The notes: a model not told the origin generated them from the letters alone. 64,000 bases of DNA from Patescibacteria group bacterium (GCA_041660305.1 JBAZWO010000004.1:32873-96872); one strand, 5' to 3'. Positions 9,523 through 18,819 are shown, counted from the first letter of the stretch. Numbers and translations are program-made.

Positions 9523-9603
9523 TCTCCCTTTCCCCTGTTTAGGGGAAAGGGTTGGGGATAGAGGTAGGATGTTTAAAGGAGAGGGGGGGTTAGGGGGTGA
9601 GGT
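9523..9603. repeat. Family-A repeat (proC/proA gap, includes the proC stop)
   Basis: CTCCCTTTCCCCTGTTTAGGGGAAAGGGTTGGGGATAGAGGTAGG is nearly identical to 11868-11912. Confidence 0.85.
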
Positions 9604-10387
9604 CTTTAGCTCTTTCATAAGCCGCCTGTACAGCCTTATTCCAAATAGTCTGCAAATTTGTTTGAGCTAAGCTGTTTAAGGCAGCTGCCGTGGTGCCGTC
9701 TTTCGAGGTTACTTTTTGGCGCAACTCTACTGCATTTTTATTTTGTGCTAATAAAGTACTAGCACCTAATAATGTTTGGATCACTAATTGGCCGGCTGGT
9801 ATTTCATTAAAGCCTAATTGTTTAGCGGCATTAATTAATTGTTCAGCAAATAAAAATACATAAGCCGGGCCAGAGCCGCTTACGGCGGTAGCTTTATCAA
9901 TCCAATCATCATTACTCACATATAATTCTTGGCCTAATAATTTTAACAGATCTTTAATTAATTGTTTGTCTATTTCTGTTACTGTTGGTGTAGCTGTCCA
10001 GGCGCTCATACCTAAACCAATTTTAGCTGGTGTATTCGGCATTATGCGTACAATATTATTACTGTGAAATAGTTGTGCTAATTTAGAAGTAGAAATTCCA
10101 GCCATTACAGAACATAATAATTGTTTAGTAATATTACTAGAGATAGTTTCAGCTACTGTAGTAATGTCTTGTGGTTTAACGGCTAAAAAAATAATATTTT
10201 TGTTAAGAGCTAATTCAGACGTTAGGGGAGTAGCTATAATATGATACGTGTTTTGTAAATATTCACGGCGTTCTACACTACGTTGGGCTACGGTAATATT
10301 TTTAGCGTCAGTTAATTTTAATAACTCTTGTAAAAATATTTCTCCAATAGTGCCTCCACCGATCAATAAAATATTTTTTTTATACAT
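9590..10387 (-). CDS. proC: Pyrroline-5-carboxylate reductase
   Basis: 265 aa with an N-terminal Rossmann motif ILLIGGGTIGE and the ProC C-terminal dimerisation region (VTSKDGTTAAAL). It overlaps the proB stop by 8 nt. Confidence 0.9.
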   Translation of the reverse strand: MYKKNILLIGGGTIGEIFLQELLKLTDAKNITVAQRSVERREYLQNTYHIIATPLTSELALNKNIIFLAVKPQDITTVAETISSNITKQLLCSVMAGISTSKLAQLFHSNNIVRIMPNTPAKIGLGMSAWTATPTVTEIDKQLIKDLLKLLGQELYVSNDDWIDKATAVSGSGPAYVFLFAEQLINAAKQLGFNEIPAGQLVIQTLLGASTLLAQNKNAVELRQKVTSKDGTTAAALNSLAQTNLQTIWNKAVQAAYERAKDLTP

Positions 10388-11477
10388 AAAGTAACTTTAA
10401 TTTATCAGCATGAATAACTGGTTTATCTAGTGGTTGTTGTTTTTGCAAAGCTTGTTTTATTTGATCAGAGTGATATTTTACCAAACCACAGGCCACAATT
10501 TGGCCAGCTTCATTTTCCACACTAATAATATCATCCTGGCGAAAATCGCCCTTTACTTTTTTAAGGCCAACTACTAGTAAGCTCTTGCGCTCTTTTAATG
10601 CCTCTTCTGCACCAGCGTCAATTACTACGGTGCCAAAATTATTACGATTCGATAAAAACCAGCGCACCTTAGCTTGTTCCGAATGGCTAGGCACCAGCGG
10701 TGGCACAAATAATGTACCGGGCGGGTCAGCGTCAGCCAATAACGGGTAAGTGGCTAAATTCATACCATTAGCAATTAACGTGGGAATGCCAGCATACCAG
10801 GCTAAGCGCGCCGCTTCTACTTTAGCATACATGCCACCAATACCATTAGCGCTTACTTGATTATTAATGAGTTTTAGTAGTATATCCGGGCTTTTAACTG
10901 TTTGAAAACGTTGCGCAGTAGGGTCAGTAAATGGATTTTTATCATACACACCGTCGGTATTAGTAAGCAGTACTAAACGATCAGCATTTAGGGCAACGGC
11001 AATTACGGCGGCTAAGCCATCATTACCGCCAGAAGATAATTCCAACGTGGTTACCACATCATTACCGTTGATAATAGGCAAGATGTGTTCTTCCAACATA
11101 TGATTTAATACAGCCGTAGTGTTGTAATAACGGTTCAGTTCCGAAAAAGTGTTACGAGTTAATAAAGCCTGGCCTAAAGTTATGCCTAGTGGAGCAAAAG
11201 CATTAACCAGCGCGTGCATTAAATAAGGCTGGCCAACGGCGGCATAAAGTTGACGGCGGGCAATGGTAGTATATTTAGATTTTTCTTCTGGTGTTAGCTG
11301 AACATGATTTTTGCCCGCAGTGGCGGCGCCGGAACAAACAATGATTAAATCGTGTTGCTCGTGTAATTGTTGAATTTGCTTAGCCAATTGATTTAACCAA
11401 GATAAATTTAATTTTGTTTCACCATGCGTAAGCACGTTTGTTCCTAGTTTTAGCACTAAACGTTGGCGGGTTTGCAT
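10380..11477 (-). CDS. proB: Glutamate 5-kinase with C-terminal PUA domain
   Basis: 365 aa with an amino-acid-kinase fold (LVLKLGTNVLT, VCSGAAT/AGK, GNDGLAA) and a PUA-like C-terminus (VVIDAGAEEALKERKSLLVVGL). Confidence 0.9.
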   Translation of the reverse strand: MQTRQRLVLKLGTNVLTHGETKLNLSWLNQLAKQIQQLHEQHDLIIVCSGAATAGKNHVQLTPEEKSKYTTIARRQLYAAVGQPYLMHALVNAFAPLGITLGQALLTRNTFSELNRYYNTTAVLNHMLEEHILPIINGNDVVTTLELSSGGNDGLAAVIAVALNADRLVLLTNTDGVYDKNPFTDPTAQRFQTVKSPDILLKLINNQVSANGIGGMYAKVEAARLAWYAGIPTLIANGMNLATYPLLADADPPGTLFVPPLVPSHSEQAKVRWFLSNRNNFGTVVIDAGAEEALKERKSLLVVGLKKVKGDFRQDDIISVENEAGQIVACGLVKYHSDQIKQALQKQQPLDKPVIHADKLKLLYV

Positions 11478-11533
11478 AACACTAAAAGCATACGGGCTAT
11501 ATGTGTTGCTGTCAACGAAACAGGTGTGTTACC

Positions 11534-12838
11534 ATGAAGTTCATGTTATTTGCTCACGCGCCACTTGGTTTTTTAACGGTTCGTGCTACCAGACGATGGT
11601 GGAGTAAATTTAATTTATCCAAACGGCAACAACGTGGTTTGTATATCGCTGGAGGGCTCGGCGGCATTTTTCCAGATATTGATTTGTTTTATTTTTATTT
11701 AGTAAATGCCAGCGTTAATCATCGCCAGCTGTGGACGCATGGTATTTTGCCGTATCTGCTGGTGTTGTTAATTGGATTTATATTAGTATCCCTCTCCTCC
11801 AAACGTCCTACCTCACCCCCTAGCCCCCTCTCCTCTAAGGAGAGGGGGGATAATCAAATTGCATTGCTCCCTTTCCCCTGGTTAGGGGAAAGGGTTGGGG
11901 ATAGAGGTAGGTATTTAGGCTTATGTTTATTAATGTTCGTTATAGGAGTATACACTCATTTATTCGCCGATTGTATTACCGGCCGCATAGTATTATTGTA
12001 TCCGTTTTCCAATTTGTTATATGGGTTTAATTCTTGGAGCTGGTATGAACATAGTATTTTAGCTAGCTATTCATTAACTACTAATTACACAGTAGAATTA
12101 CTAGTATTTATTATATTAGGTTATTTATTTGTAAAAAGAAGCACTACAAAAATTATTTATATTATTGTTTCGATTATATTATTCGTAAGTGTAACGAGTG
12201 GATTAATTTGGCTAGATAAGCACACTTATAAAACTAATGGTATATTTGTGTATAGCGATATAGATAATGACGGAATATTAAATGTGCAGGATTTAGATAT
12301 AGACGGTGATGGTATAAATAATAGTAATGATAACAATGCTGATAATAACAATATTAATAATCGTGAACAATTAAATAACGAATTACCTAAAATATTAGGC
12401 TCGTTATATGATTATTCTAACGGCGGGTTTATTCAAATACCACTACGCTTAGGTCTGGTAAACGATTTAGTATTAATTGAGCGCGCTTATACAAATATTG
12501 GTATGTCTTTTTCATCTGAAATGGGCGAAGATTTTAAAAATAATCCCAGTGGTTATATTTCTAATCCAAAGGATTACCGATTTACTGATAATCCGCAAAA
12601 CTGGCAGACTTGGTTACAGCATCAACAGAAATTATTGCCCGCTACCATTTTAACTCAAGCGCAACCATTTGATATTATCTTTTTTCAATCTGGTCATGTA
12701 GCTTTATATTATCCATGGAATAACCAGCCAGCGGTAATTGAAATAAACAAAAAGCAACCATTTACTAGTGTAGTATCATTAAATGAAGTAATAAAACAAG
12801 AAGGTCAGGTAAGTGCATTTGGCAAAATTTTACCTTAA
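11534..12838 (+). CDS. Membrane protein: YdjM-like membrane-bound metal-dependent hydrolase N-domain, Asp/Asn-rich Ca-binding-like repeats and an uncharacterised C-domain
   Basis: The likely start is ATG 11534 (MKFMLFAHAPLGF). It has multiple TM helices and a THLFADCITG motif. DIDNDGILNVQDLDIDGDGINNSNDNN resembles thrombospondin type-3-like repeats. The CDS carries an in-frame GC-rich repeat at about 11790-11912. Confidence 0.55.
   Translation: MKFMLFAHAPLGFLTVRATRRWWSKFNLSKRQQRGLYIAGGLGGIFPDIDLFYFYLVNASVNHRQLWTHGILPYLLVLLIGFILVSLSSKRPTSPPSPLSSKERGDNQIALLPFPWLGERVGDRGRYLGLCLLMFVIGVYTHLFADCITGRIVLLYPFSNLLYGFNSWSWYEHSILASYSLTTNYTVELLVFIILGYLFVKRSTTKIIYIIVSIILFVSVTSGLIWLDKHTYKTNGIFVYSDIDNDGILNVQDLDIDGDGINNSNDNNADNNNINNREQLNNELPKILGSLYDYSNGGFIQIPLRLGLVNDLVLIERAYTNIGMSFSSEMGEDFKNNPSGYISNPKDYRFTDNPQNWQTWLQHQQKLLPATILTQAQPFDIIFFQSGHVALYYPWNNQPAVIEINKKQPFTSVVSLNEVIKQEGQVSAFGKILP
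11790..11912. repeat. MITE-like family-A composite element, in frame inside a CDS
   Basis: Inverted termini CGTCCTACCTCAC … GAGGTAGG bracket two hairpins, CCCCCTCTCCTCTAAGGAGAGGGGGG and CTCCCTTTCCCCTGGTTAGGGGAAAGGG. Confidence 0.75.
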
Positions 12839-12897
12839 TGTTATAATGTAATATAAATAAAGCTTATGGAGGAAATTAAAATATATATAAAAACCGT

Positions 12898-15800
12898 ATG
12901 ATAACAAATGTGTTTCTGCGGTGGTGTAACAAATTACAGGCTGTTATTGTTAGTTTGCAAGAAAAAATAGCCAGTAAGAGCTTTATTATAAAGTTAATAG
13001 TAGCGCCTGTTTTATTAGTGTTTTATATAGTATTGGCGCTTTGTTATGTGATATCGTTGTTATTTTCCTCACCACAAGCTACGTTCGAACATTTTACTAC
13101 GTTGCATCCTCGTAAAGGGTATACTACTTCATATACCGCTCATCGACGCTGGCAACGCTCTATTCAGGTAGCTACAGTAGCTTCCACTTTTGTGGTAATT
13201 GTTATTACTGTTGTTAATGGCTTGTTAGCTACGCCGCGTTCAGCTTTGGCTGACACACAAAGTATTGAATGTACTGGCACATCAGGTTCACCTTTACCAA
13301 TTAACCCTACTACAGGCGCAGATGTTACTTTAACCGGCAGCGGTTTTTGTCAGTTGATGACAGCAGCTAGTTTAAACAGCTTAACTATTCAAAATGGCGT
13401 TACGTTAACTCACGCGGCTGGAAGTACAACTGGTTTAGATATTACTATAGCGACTGATCTTAACATTGCCAGCGGTGGAGCGATTAGTGCCAATGCCAAA
13501 GGTTGTCAAGGTGGGGCTGTTAATGCTAATGGTTATGGTCCCAATCCTAGCACCGGTATCTGTGCAATTACTACTTCTGGCTATGGTGGAGGTCATACGG
13601 GAGGTAGCGGTGCTGGTCATGGTGGTGTTGGTGGGCGAGGTAATATGGATACAGCTGGAACTACTTATGATTCTAGCACGACACCGGCTTTACTGGGATC
13701 TGGCGGCGGCGGCGGCGGTGTTAGCGTTACCGGTGGCTATGGTGGCGGAAAAGTAATTTTAACAGTAAGCGGAACCCTCACAGTTAACGGCAATATCTCT
13801 GCCAACGGACAAGACGGTCCGACTATAACCACTTATGGCGGCGGCGGCGGAAGTGGTGGATCTGTTTATATTTCTACAAATGCTATTACCGGCAGTGCTG
13901 CTATTTCAGCCAATGGTGGCAATGGTGGAGTAGGATCAAGTATGGCGGGCGGTGGCGCTGGCGGCGGGCGAGTGACTGTTAATTATAATAATGCTTCTGG
14001 ATTTACTTTAGGCAATATCACCTCTACCAAAGGTTTGGCAGGAACAGGGGCAGGGGTAAGATCAGATGGTACTAATGGGACTACTTTTATTCTAGATCAA
14101 ATTACTGATAGTTTACGGATTATTTCAGGATTAAATTTTCAATCCGATAGTGATTATACACGAGCAAATATTACAGTGGATAATGGGGCTATTTTATCCT
14201 GTGATACTTTTGCAACTTTAAACTTTGGTGCAACGGCTACGCTAACCATGAACGGAGCAACTTGGACTTGTAGCACTATCGACACTATAAATATTTCTGC
14301 GGCTACTTGGACAACGAGCGGCACAAACACGTTAACGTTCAATAAAGCTGGAGCCCAAGTAGATTGGAACATTACCAATAATCTAACACTCAATAACCTA
14401 ACCTATACCGGTGGCACAGCTGGAACGTCCAGTGCCAATGGCGGTGTATTGAGTATGGACAATGCTGTTGCCGTAGCACTAGTAAATACCGACATTAATT
14501 CTAATATAAATTGGGCTAATTTAGCTAGCCTTAACATAGACGCTGATTCTTCAATTAGTTCTAATGCCAAGGGTTGTCAAGGTGGGGCTAGTACTCTTAA
14601 TGGTTATGGTCCAGATCCTAGTACAGGTATTTGTGCGATTAATATTTCCGGTTACGGCGGAGCGCATTCTTCGGGTAGCGGTGCTGGTCATGGCGGCGCT
14701 GGTGGGCGAGGTAATGCTGATACTGGTGGAACTACCTATGATTCCAATACTATTCCGGCTTTACTTGGATCTGGCGGCGGCGGCGGCGCTGGTCCTGCCG
14801 GTGGCTATGGTGGAGGAAAAATAAGCTTAACAGTAAGCGGAGCCCTCACGGTTAACGGTAATATTTCTGCTAACGGACAAGCCGGTCCAACAGCCAGCAA
14901 TTATGGTGGCGGTGGTGGAAGCGGTGGATCGGTTTATATTTCTATAAGTTCTATTCTCGGTAGCGCTGCTATCTCGGCAAATGGTGGCAATGGCGGCGAG
15001 GGATCTTCTAGTGCGGGTGGTGGCGGTGGTGGCGGTCGAGTGGCTGTTTATTATAACGATGCCGGCGGTTTTACTTTAGACAATATCACTTCTATCAAAG
15101 GTTTGGCAGGAACAGGAGTAGGGCCTAGACTAGATGGATCTAACGGAACAACTTATACTTTTCAATACACGGTTGCCGATACTCCTTCTGTAACAGCGCC
15201 GGTTAATATGTCTAGTGATAGTCGTACCCCAACTTTAACCGGATCCAGTTATTCTTCAAACGGAGCAGTTCACACCACAACAGATTGGAAAATAACTTCA
15301 GATCCGGAAGGTTCTACCATAGTATGGAGCAAAGACGACGATGCTGTTAATTTAGAAACCACTGTAGTGAATGCAACTAATGGCACCTTTAGTGGAGCGC
15401 TAGCCGGCGCAACCACTTTAGTAGGCAATACTATTTATCATGTTTTTGTACGCTATGCCAATGCCGCGGGTGATTCAGCTTGGTCTAGCGGTAATAACTT
15501 TATTACCAACAATACCCAGCCGGTTTGGGGTGGACCAATAATTGATCCGGGACAGGTGCCTGAAGACGGTACTCTGTTTTGGACGTTTGATTTAGATGAT
15601 TATTGCTCTGATGCTGACGGTGACGCTTTAACTTATTCTGCTGACAATGGTTTTTCTTTAGGTGTCATGACTATTAACCCAGTTACTCATGTAGTTACTT
15701 TTGCTTTAAATGCCAATGCCAACGGCAGTGATACTATTCGTTTTTCCGCTACCGATGGTTTATCTAGTGCAGTGTTGTCTAATGCCCCAACTATTACTGT

Positions 15801-18249
15801 TAACGCTGTGAACGATGCCCCGGTATTTACCAAAGGTAGTAACGATTTTGTTATGGAAGATGACGCTAGTCGCCAAGTAAATGGCTGGGCAACTGGAATT
15901 GGCACCGGTGGTGGTAGTGATGAATCTGGCCAAGTTTTAACATTTACTGTTGCCAATGATAATAACAGTCTATTTTCAGTACAACCAGATGTTAATGAAA
16001 GTTCTGGAAATTTAACGTACACACTTGCTAGTAACGCTTTTGGTAGCGCTACTGTTACAGTCGGTTTGTCTGATAATGGTGGTACAGCTAACGGTGGCGA
16101 CGACACCAGTGATAGTCAGACGTTTACTTTAGAGGCAACTTCCATTAACGATGAGCCGTCATTTACAGCAGGCGAGAGTCAAACAGTGTATGAAGACACT
16201 GGTTTATACACTGTCGCTACTTGGGTAGTGGCTATGAGCACCGGTCCTAGTAACGAATCCGGGCAAACCGTGTCATTTAACGTGACTAATGAGGGTAATA
16301 GTTTATTTTCTGTTCAGCCGGCCATAGATGCAAGCGGTGCTTTAACCTTCACTCCCGCAGATAACATAAATGGTTCTACTACTGTTCACGTTACCATGCA
16401 AGATAGCGGCGGCACAGATGCCGGCGGTGATGACACCAGTGCTGAACAAACATTTACCATTGGAATCAACCCGGCAAACGATGCTCCGAGTTTTACTAAA
16501 GGCGCCAATCAAAGTGTCGCCGAAGATGCCGGCGCACAGACGGTGGCTGGTTGGGCAACCGGTATGAGCAAAGGACCGGCTGATGAATCCGGTCAAACTT
16601 TAACATTTAATATTAGCAACGATAATAACAGCTTATTTTCTGTTCAGCCGGATATTGATGAAAGTACCGGTAATTTAACATATACTCCGGCCACCAATAT
16701 CAACGGTTCAGCCACAATTACTGTTTATCTGTCAGATAATGGCGGCATTGAGGGGGATTACACCAGCGATGAGCAAACATTTACCATTACGGTTAATGCC
16801 GCAAATGATACTCCCACGGCCAATGCCGGTAGCGATGTAACGGCCACGGAAGACGACGCTAGCGTTGCATTAAACGGCTCCACTTCGTCTGATTTGGATG
16901 GCGATACTTTAACTTATGCTTGGGTGGAAATCATCGATAGCGGTGATGGCTGCAGTATCAGTAATATCACTAGTAGCCAGCCGACAGTATCTATCTTTAA
17001 TGAAGATTCTAATTTTTCATGTGAATATCGCTTAACGGTTAACGACGGCGCGGCTTCGGCCACTGATACAGTTACTGTTAATATATCAGCCGATAATGAC
17101 GCGCCGGCTTTCTCCACGGTTTCTAATCAAACTGTTACAGAAAACAATACTTTATCTTTCACGGTAAATGCCAGCGATATTGATACTTCTTTGTTAGATT
17201 TATCAGCCGCTGATAACAACGGAGATTTTACAGACAAAGCTATAAATGTTAATACTCTTTTTACTGATAATAACAACAACACCGGCACGTTCTCTTGGCA
17301 GCCAACCGCTGGAAAGAGTGGCACATATCGTGTACTGTTTAACGCTACCGACGGCGCCAGTACCGCCGCGCAACAAGTGGATATTACCGTAGTAGCTGGT
17401 ACTTCCACCAATACCAACACTAATACCAATACCAATACGAACACAGAGCCGACTTTTACTGGGGCTCTAGATAATATCACTTTATTCGCTGGCACCACAG
17501 CTAGTAATATAATGGATTTGGATAATTATTTTAGCGATGCCGAAGATACTCAATTAACCTATAGCATTAAAGAAAACGTAGTTATTACAGTTACCATAGT
17601 TGATGGCCAGGTATCAATTACCGCTCCGGCTAATAGCGCCGGTACGTATGCCATTACCTTTATGGCACAAGACAGCCAACAAGCCGAAGCGGACAGCAAT
17701 GCTATTATAGTTAGCATTATGGAACCACCGGCTTTGGCAGATATTAATGTAATGACTGGATCAGCTACTGGCAAAGGGGTAATTACATTGTTTGATAAGG
17801 ATGGTAAAGAGTTAAGTAGCTGGGAAGCATTTTCAGAAGGTGGGGTAATTCCTAAAGTAACCACTATCAATAACACGCCGTATGTTTTAGCGATTAAACA
17901 AAAAGTTGGTTCCACTATTCATATTTATACTACAGCCGGTAGCCTAGTAAGAAAACAACGTTTATCCAAACAACTCTATTGGCGCAAATTGGCTATAGGT
18001 AATGTAGATAATCATACTAACAATAAAGAAATTGTAGTGGCTACTCTGCGTAATCAAGGAGTTACTATTAAAGTTTATCGATTCAATGTAAAACGCAATG
18101 CCTTCCGTTTAATCAAACGAGGTTATTATCGCGATGCCTTAACACCAGCGAATCATAACTATCAAGTTAGCATCAAGCAACGTACTATTATATTAAAACA
18201 TGAAGACGGTAGTGTGTTCTTCAGGTGGAAAATAAATTCTACAAACTAA
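12898..18249 (+). CDS. Giant (1783 aa) membrane-anchored surface protein with Gly-rich beta-helix-like modules, Ig/cadherin-like tandem domains and a propeller-like C-terminus
   Basis: This is a single long ORF with an N-terminal TM segment. It has two ~200-aa Gly-rich modules, three ~110-aa tandem domains beginning ND(A/E)P(S/V)FT, and a PKD-like segment. It also has a (TN)n linker and a C-terminal region resembling the C-terminus of the 4559-7450 protein. Confidence 0.8.
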   Translation: MITNVFLRWCNKLQAVIVSLQEKIASKSFIIKLIVAPVLLVFYIVLALCYVISLLFSSPQATFEHFTTLHPRKGYTTSYTAHRRWQRSIQVATVASTFVVIVITVVNGLLATPRSALADTQSIECTGTSGSPLPINPTTGADVTLTGSGFCQLMTAASLNSLTIQNGVTLTHAAGSTTGLDITIATDLNIASGGAISANAKGCQGGAVNANGYGPNPSTGICAITTSGYGGGHTGGSGAGHGGVGGRGNMDTAGTTYDSSTTPALLGSGGGGGGVSVTGGYGGGKVILTVSGTLTVNGNISANGQDGPTITTYGGGGGSGGSVYISTNAITGSAAISANGGNGGVGSSMAGGGAGGGRVTVNYNNASGFTLGNITSTKGLAGTGAGVRSDGTNGTTFILDQITDSLRIISGLNFQSDSDYTRANITVDNGAILSCDTFATLNFGATATLTMNGATWTCSTIDTINISAATWTTSGTNTLTFNKAGAQVDWNITNNLTLNNLTYTGGTAGTSSANGGVLSMDNAVAVALVNTDINSNINWANLASLNIDADSSISSNAKGCQGGASTLNGYGPDPSTGICAINISGYGGAHSSGSGAGHGGAGGRGNADTGGTTYDSNTIPALLGSGGGGGAGPAGGYGGGKISLTVSGALTVNGNISANGQAGPTASNYGGGGGSGGSVYISISSILGSAAISANGGNGGEGSSSAGGGGGGGRVAVYYNDAGGFTLDNITSIKGLAGTGVGPRLDGSNGTTYTFQYTVADTPSVTAPVNMSSDSRTPTLTGSSYSSNGAVHTTTDWKITSDPEGSTIVWSKDDDAVNLETTVVNATNGTFSGALAGATTLVGNTIYHVFVRYANAAGDSAWSSGNNFITNNTQPVWGGPIIDPGQVPEDGTLFWTFDLDDYCSDADGDALTYSADNGFSLGVMTINPVTHVVTFALNANANGSDTIRFSATDGLSSAVLSNAPTITVNAVNDAPVFTKGSNDFVMEDDASRQVNGWATGIGTGGGSDESGQVLTFTVANDNNSLFSVQPDVNESSGNLTYTLASNAFGSATVTVGLSDNGGTANGGDDTSDSQTFTLEATSINDEPSFTAGESQTVYEDTGLYTVATWVVAMSTGPSNESGQTVSFNVTNEGNSLFSVQPAIDASGALTFTPADNINGSTTVHVTMQDSGGTDAGGDDTSAEQTFTIGINPANDAPSFTKGANQSVAEDAGAQTVAGWATGMSKGPADESGQTLTFNISNDNNSLFSVQPDIDESTGNLTYTPATNINGSATITVYLSDNGGIEGDYTSDEQTFTITVNAANDTPTANAGSDVTATEDDASVALNGSTSSDLDGDTLTYAWVEIIDSGDGCSISNITSSQPTVSIFNEDSNFSCEYRLTVNDGAASATDTVTVNISADNDAPAFSTVSNQTVTENNTLSFTVNASDIDTSLLDLSAADNNGDFTDKAINVNTLFTDNNNNTGTFSWQPTAGKSGTYRVLFNATDGASTAAQQVDITVVAGTSTNTNTNTNTNTNTEPTFTGALDNITLFAGTTASNIMDLDNYFSDAEDTQLTYSIKENVVITVTIVDGQVSITAPANSAGTYAITFMAQDSQQAEADSNAIIVSIMEPPALADINVMTGSATGKGVITLFDKDGKELSSWEAFSEGGVIPKVTTINNTPYVLAIKQKVGSTIHIYTTAGSLVRKQRLSKQLYWRKLAIGNVDNHTNNKEIVVATLRNQGVTIKVYRFNVKRNAFRLIKRGYYRDALTPANHNYQVSIKQRTIILKHEDGSVFFRWKINSTN
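13489..14087 (+). repeat. Gly-rich module copy 1 (intragenic duplication)
   Basis: SANAKGCQGGA…GYGP(N/D)PSTGICAI…GSGAGHGG…GGRGN…LLGSGGGGG…NGNISANGQ…GGGGGSGGSVYIS…ISANGGNGG is repeated at 14560-15157. Long stretches are identical at the nucleotide level. Confidence 0.85.
14560..15157 (+). repeat. Gly-rich module copy 2 (intragenic duplication)
   Basis: Paralogous to 13489-14087 (same order of motifs, similar length). Confidence 0.85.
15811..16803 (+). repeat. Three tandem ~330-nt coding repeats (Ig/cadherin-like domains)
   Basis: Units start at 15811, 16147 and 16477. Each reads ND(A/E)P(V/S)FT…DESGQ(V/T)(L/V)(T/S)F(T/N)(V/I)…NSLFSVQP…G(N/A)LT(Y/F)T…NG(S)(A/T)T(V/I)…SD(N/S)GG…. Confidence 0.85.
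17407..17445 (+). repeat. Imperfect hexanucleotide (ACC-AAT)n microsatellite encoding (TN)6T
   Basis: accaataccaacactaataccaataccaatacgaacaca lies inside the giant ORF. Confidence 0.8.
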
Positions 18250-18357
18250 ACATAAAATCACTAGACAAATAAAAAAATATTGCCAATAGTTTTTTAGTTA
18301 AAGACGATGTGTTAATAAAAACTAAAAACACTATTCCCATGTATTTATTTGGTTTTC

Positions 18358-18819
18358 TTAATTGATCAGCCAGTACAACAATAATGTTAACCCAATTCCG
18401 CACAGCGTGCCCATGAGGGCTTCTAGGGGGGTGTGGCCTAAGCGGGTAATGATTTTGGGGTGTTGAATATGGGCGTCATGAGCCTTATGCTCTTCTTCAA
18501 TGAGCTGTTTTAAAATTTTGCCGTGTTCACCTAGGTGCCAGCGAATGCCAACGGCATCGCGCACGACTGTTAAATAAAGAACGGTTGCAAGAACAAATTC
18601 AAACGACGTCCAGCCGAATTTTAACCAGCTTAACACTACCAATGATATAAACAATGCGGCGTGGGAAGACGGCATGCCCCCATAGTGCATGAAATATTTA
18701 AGCTTGAATTTTTTGGCCGGCCGCCGATAAGCATCCATTGCTACCTTCACAAATTGTGTTATAATCACTACCAGTAGAGGAATGATTAACAGTTGACCGT
18801 TATGTAATAATTGCGTCAT
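18358..18819 (-). CDS. Divergent PAP2-family membrane protein (acid phosphatase/vanadium haloperoxidase-related)
   Basis: 153 aa and polytopic. The motif YGGMPSSHAALFISL is typical of the divergent PAP2 family. Confidence 0.75.
   Translation of the reverse strand: MTQLLHNGQLLIIPLLVVIITQFVKVAMDAYRRPAKKFKLKYFMHYGGMPSSHAALFISLVVLSWLKFGWTSFEFVLATVLYLTVVRDAVGIRWHLGEHGKILKQLIEEEHKAHDAHIQHPKIITRLGHTPLEALMGTLCGIGLTLLLYWLIN

Noticed and set aside
13489-15157. Whether the two near-identical Gly-rich modules are a DGR template/variable repeat pair
   Set aside because: There is no reverse transcriptase in the window. The differences between the copies involve all four bases rather than adenine positions only, and both copies are in frame in the same gene.
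13435-17915. Nine alternative-frame or antisense ORFs inside the giant surface-protein gene
   Set aside because: They are a by-product of Gly-codon-rich (GGN) and repetitive sequence. The 1783-aa frame is continuous and has domain logic.
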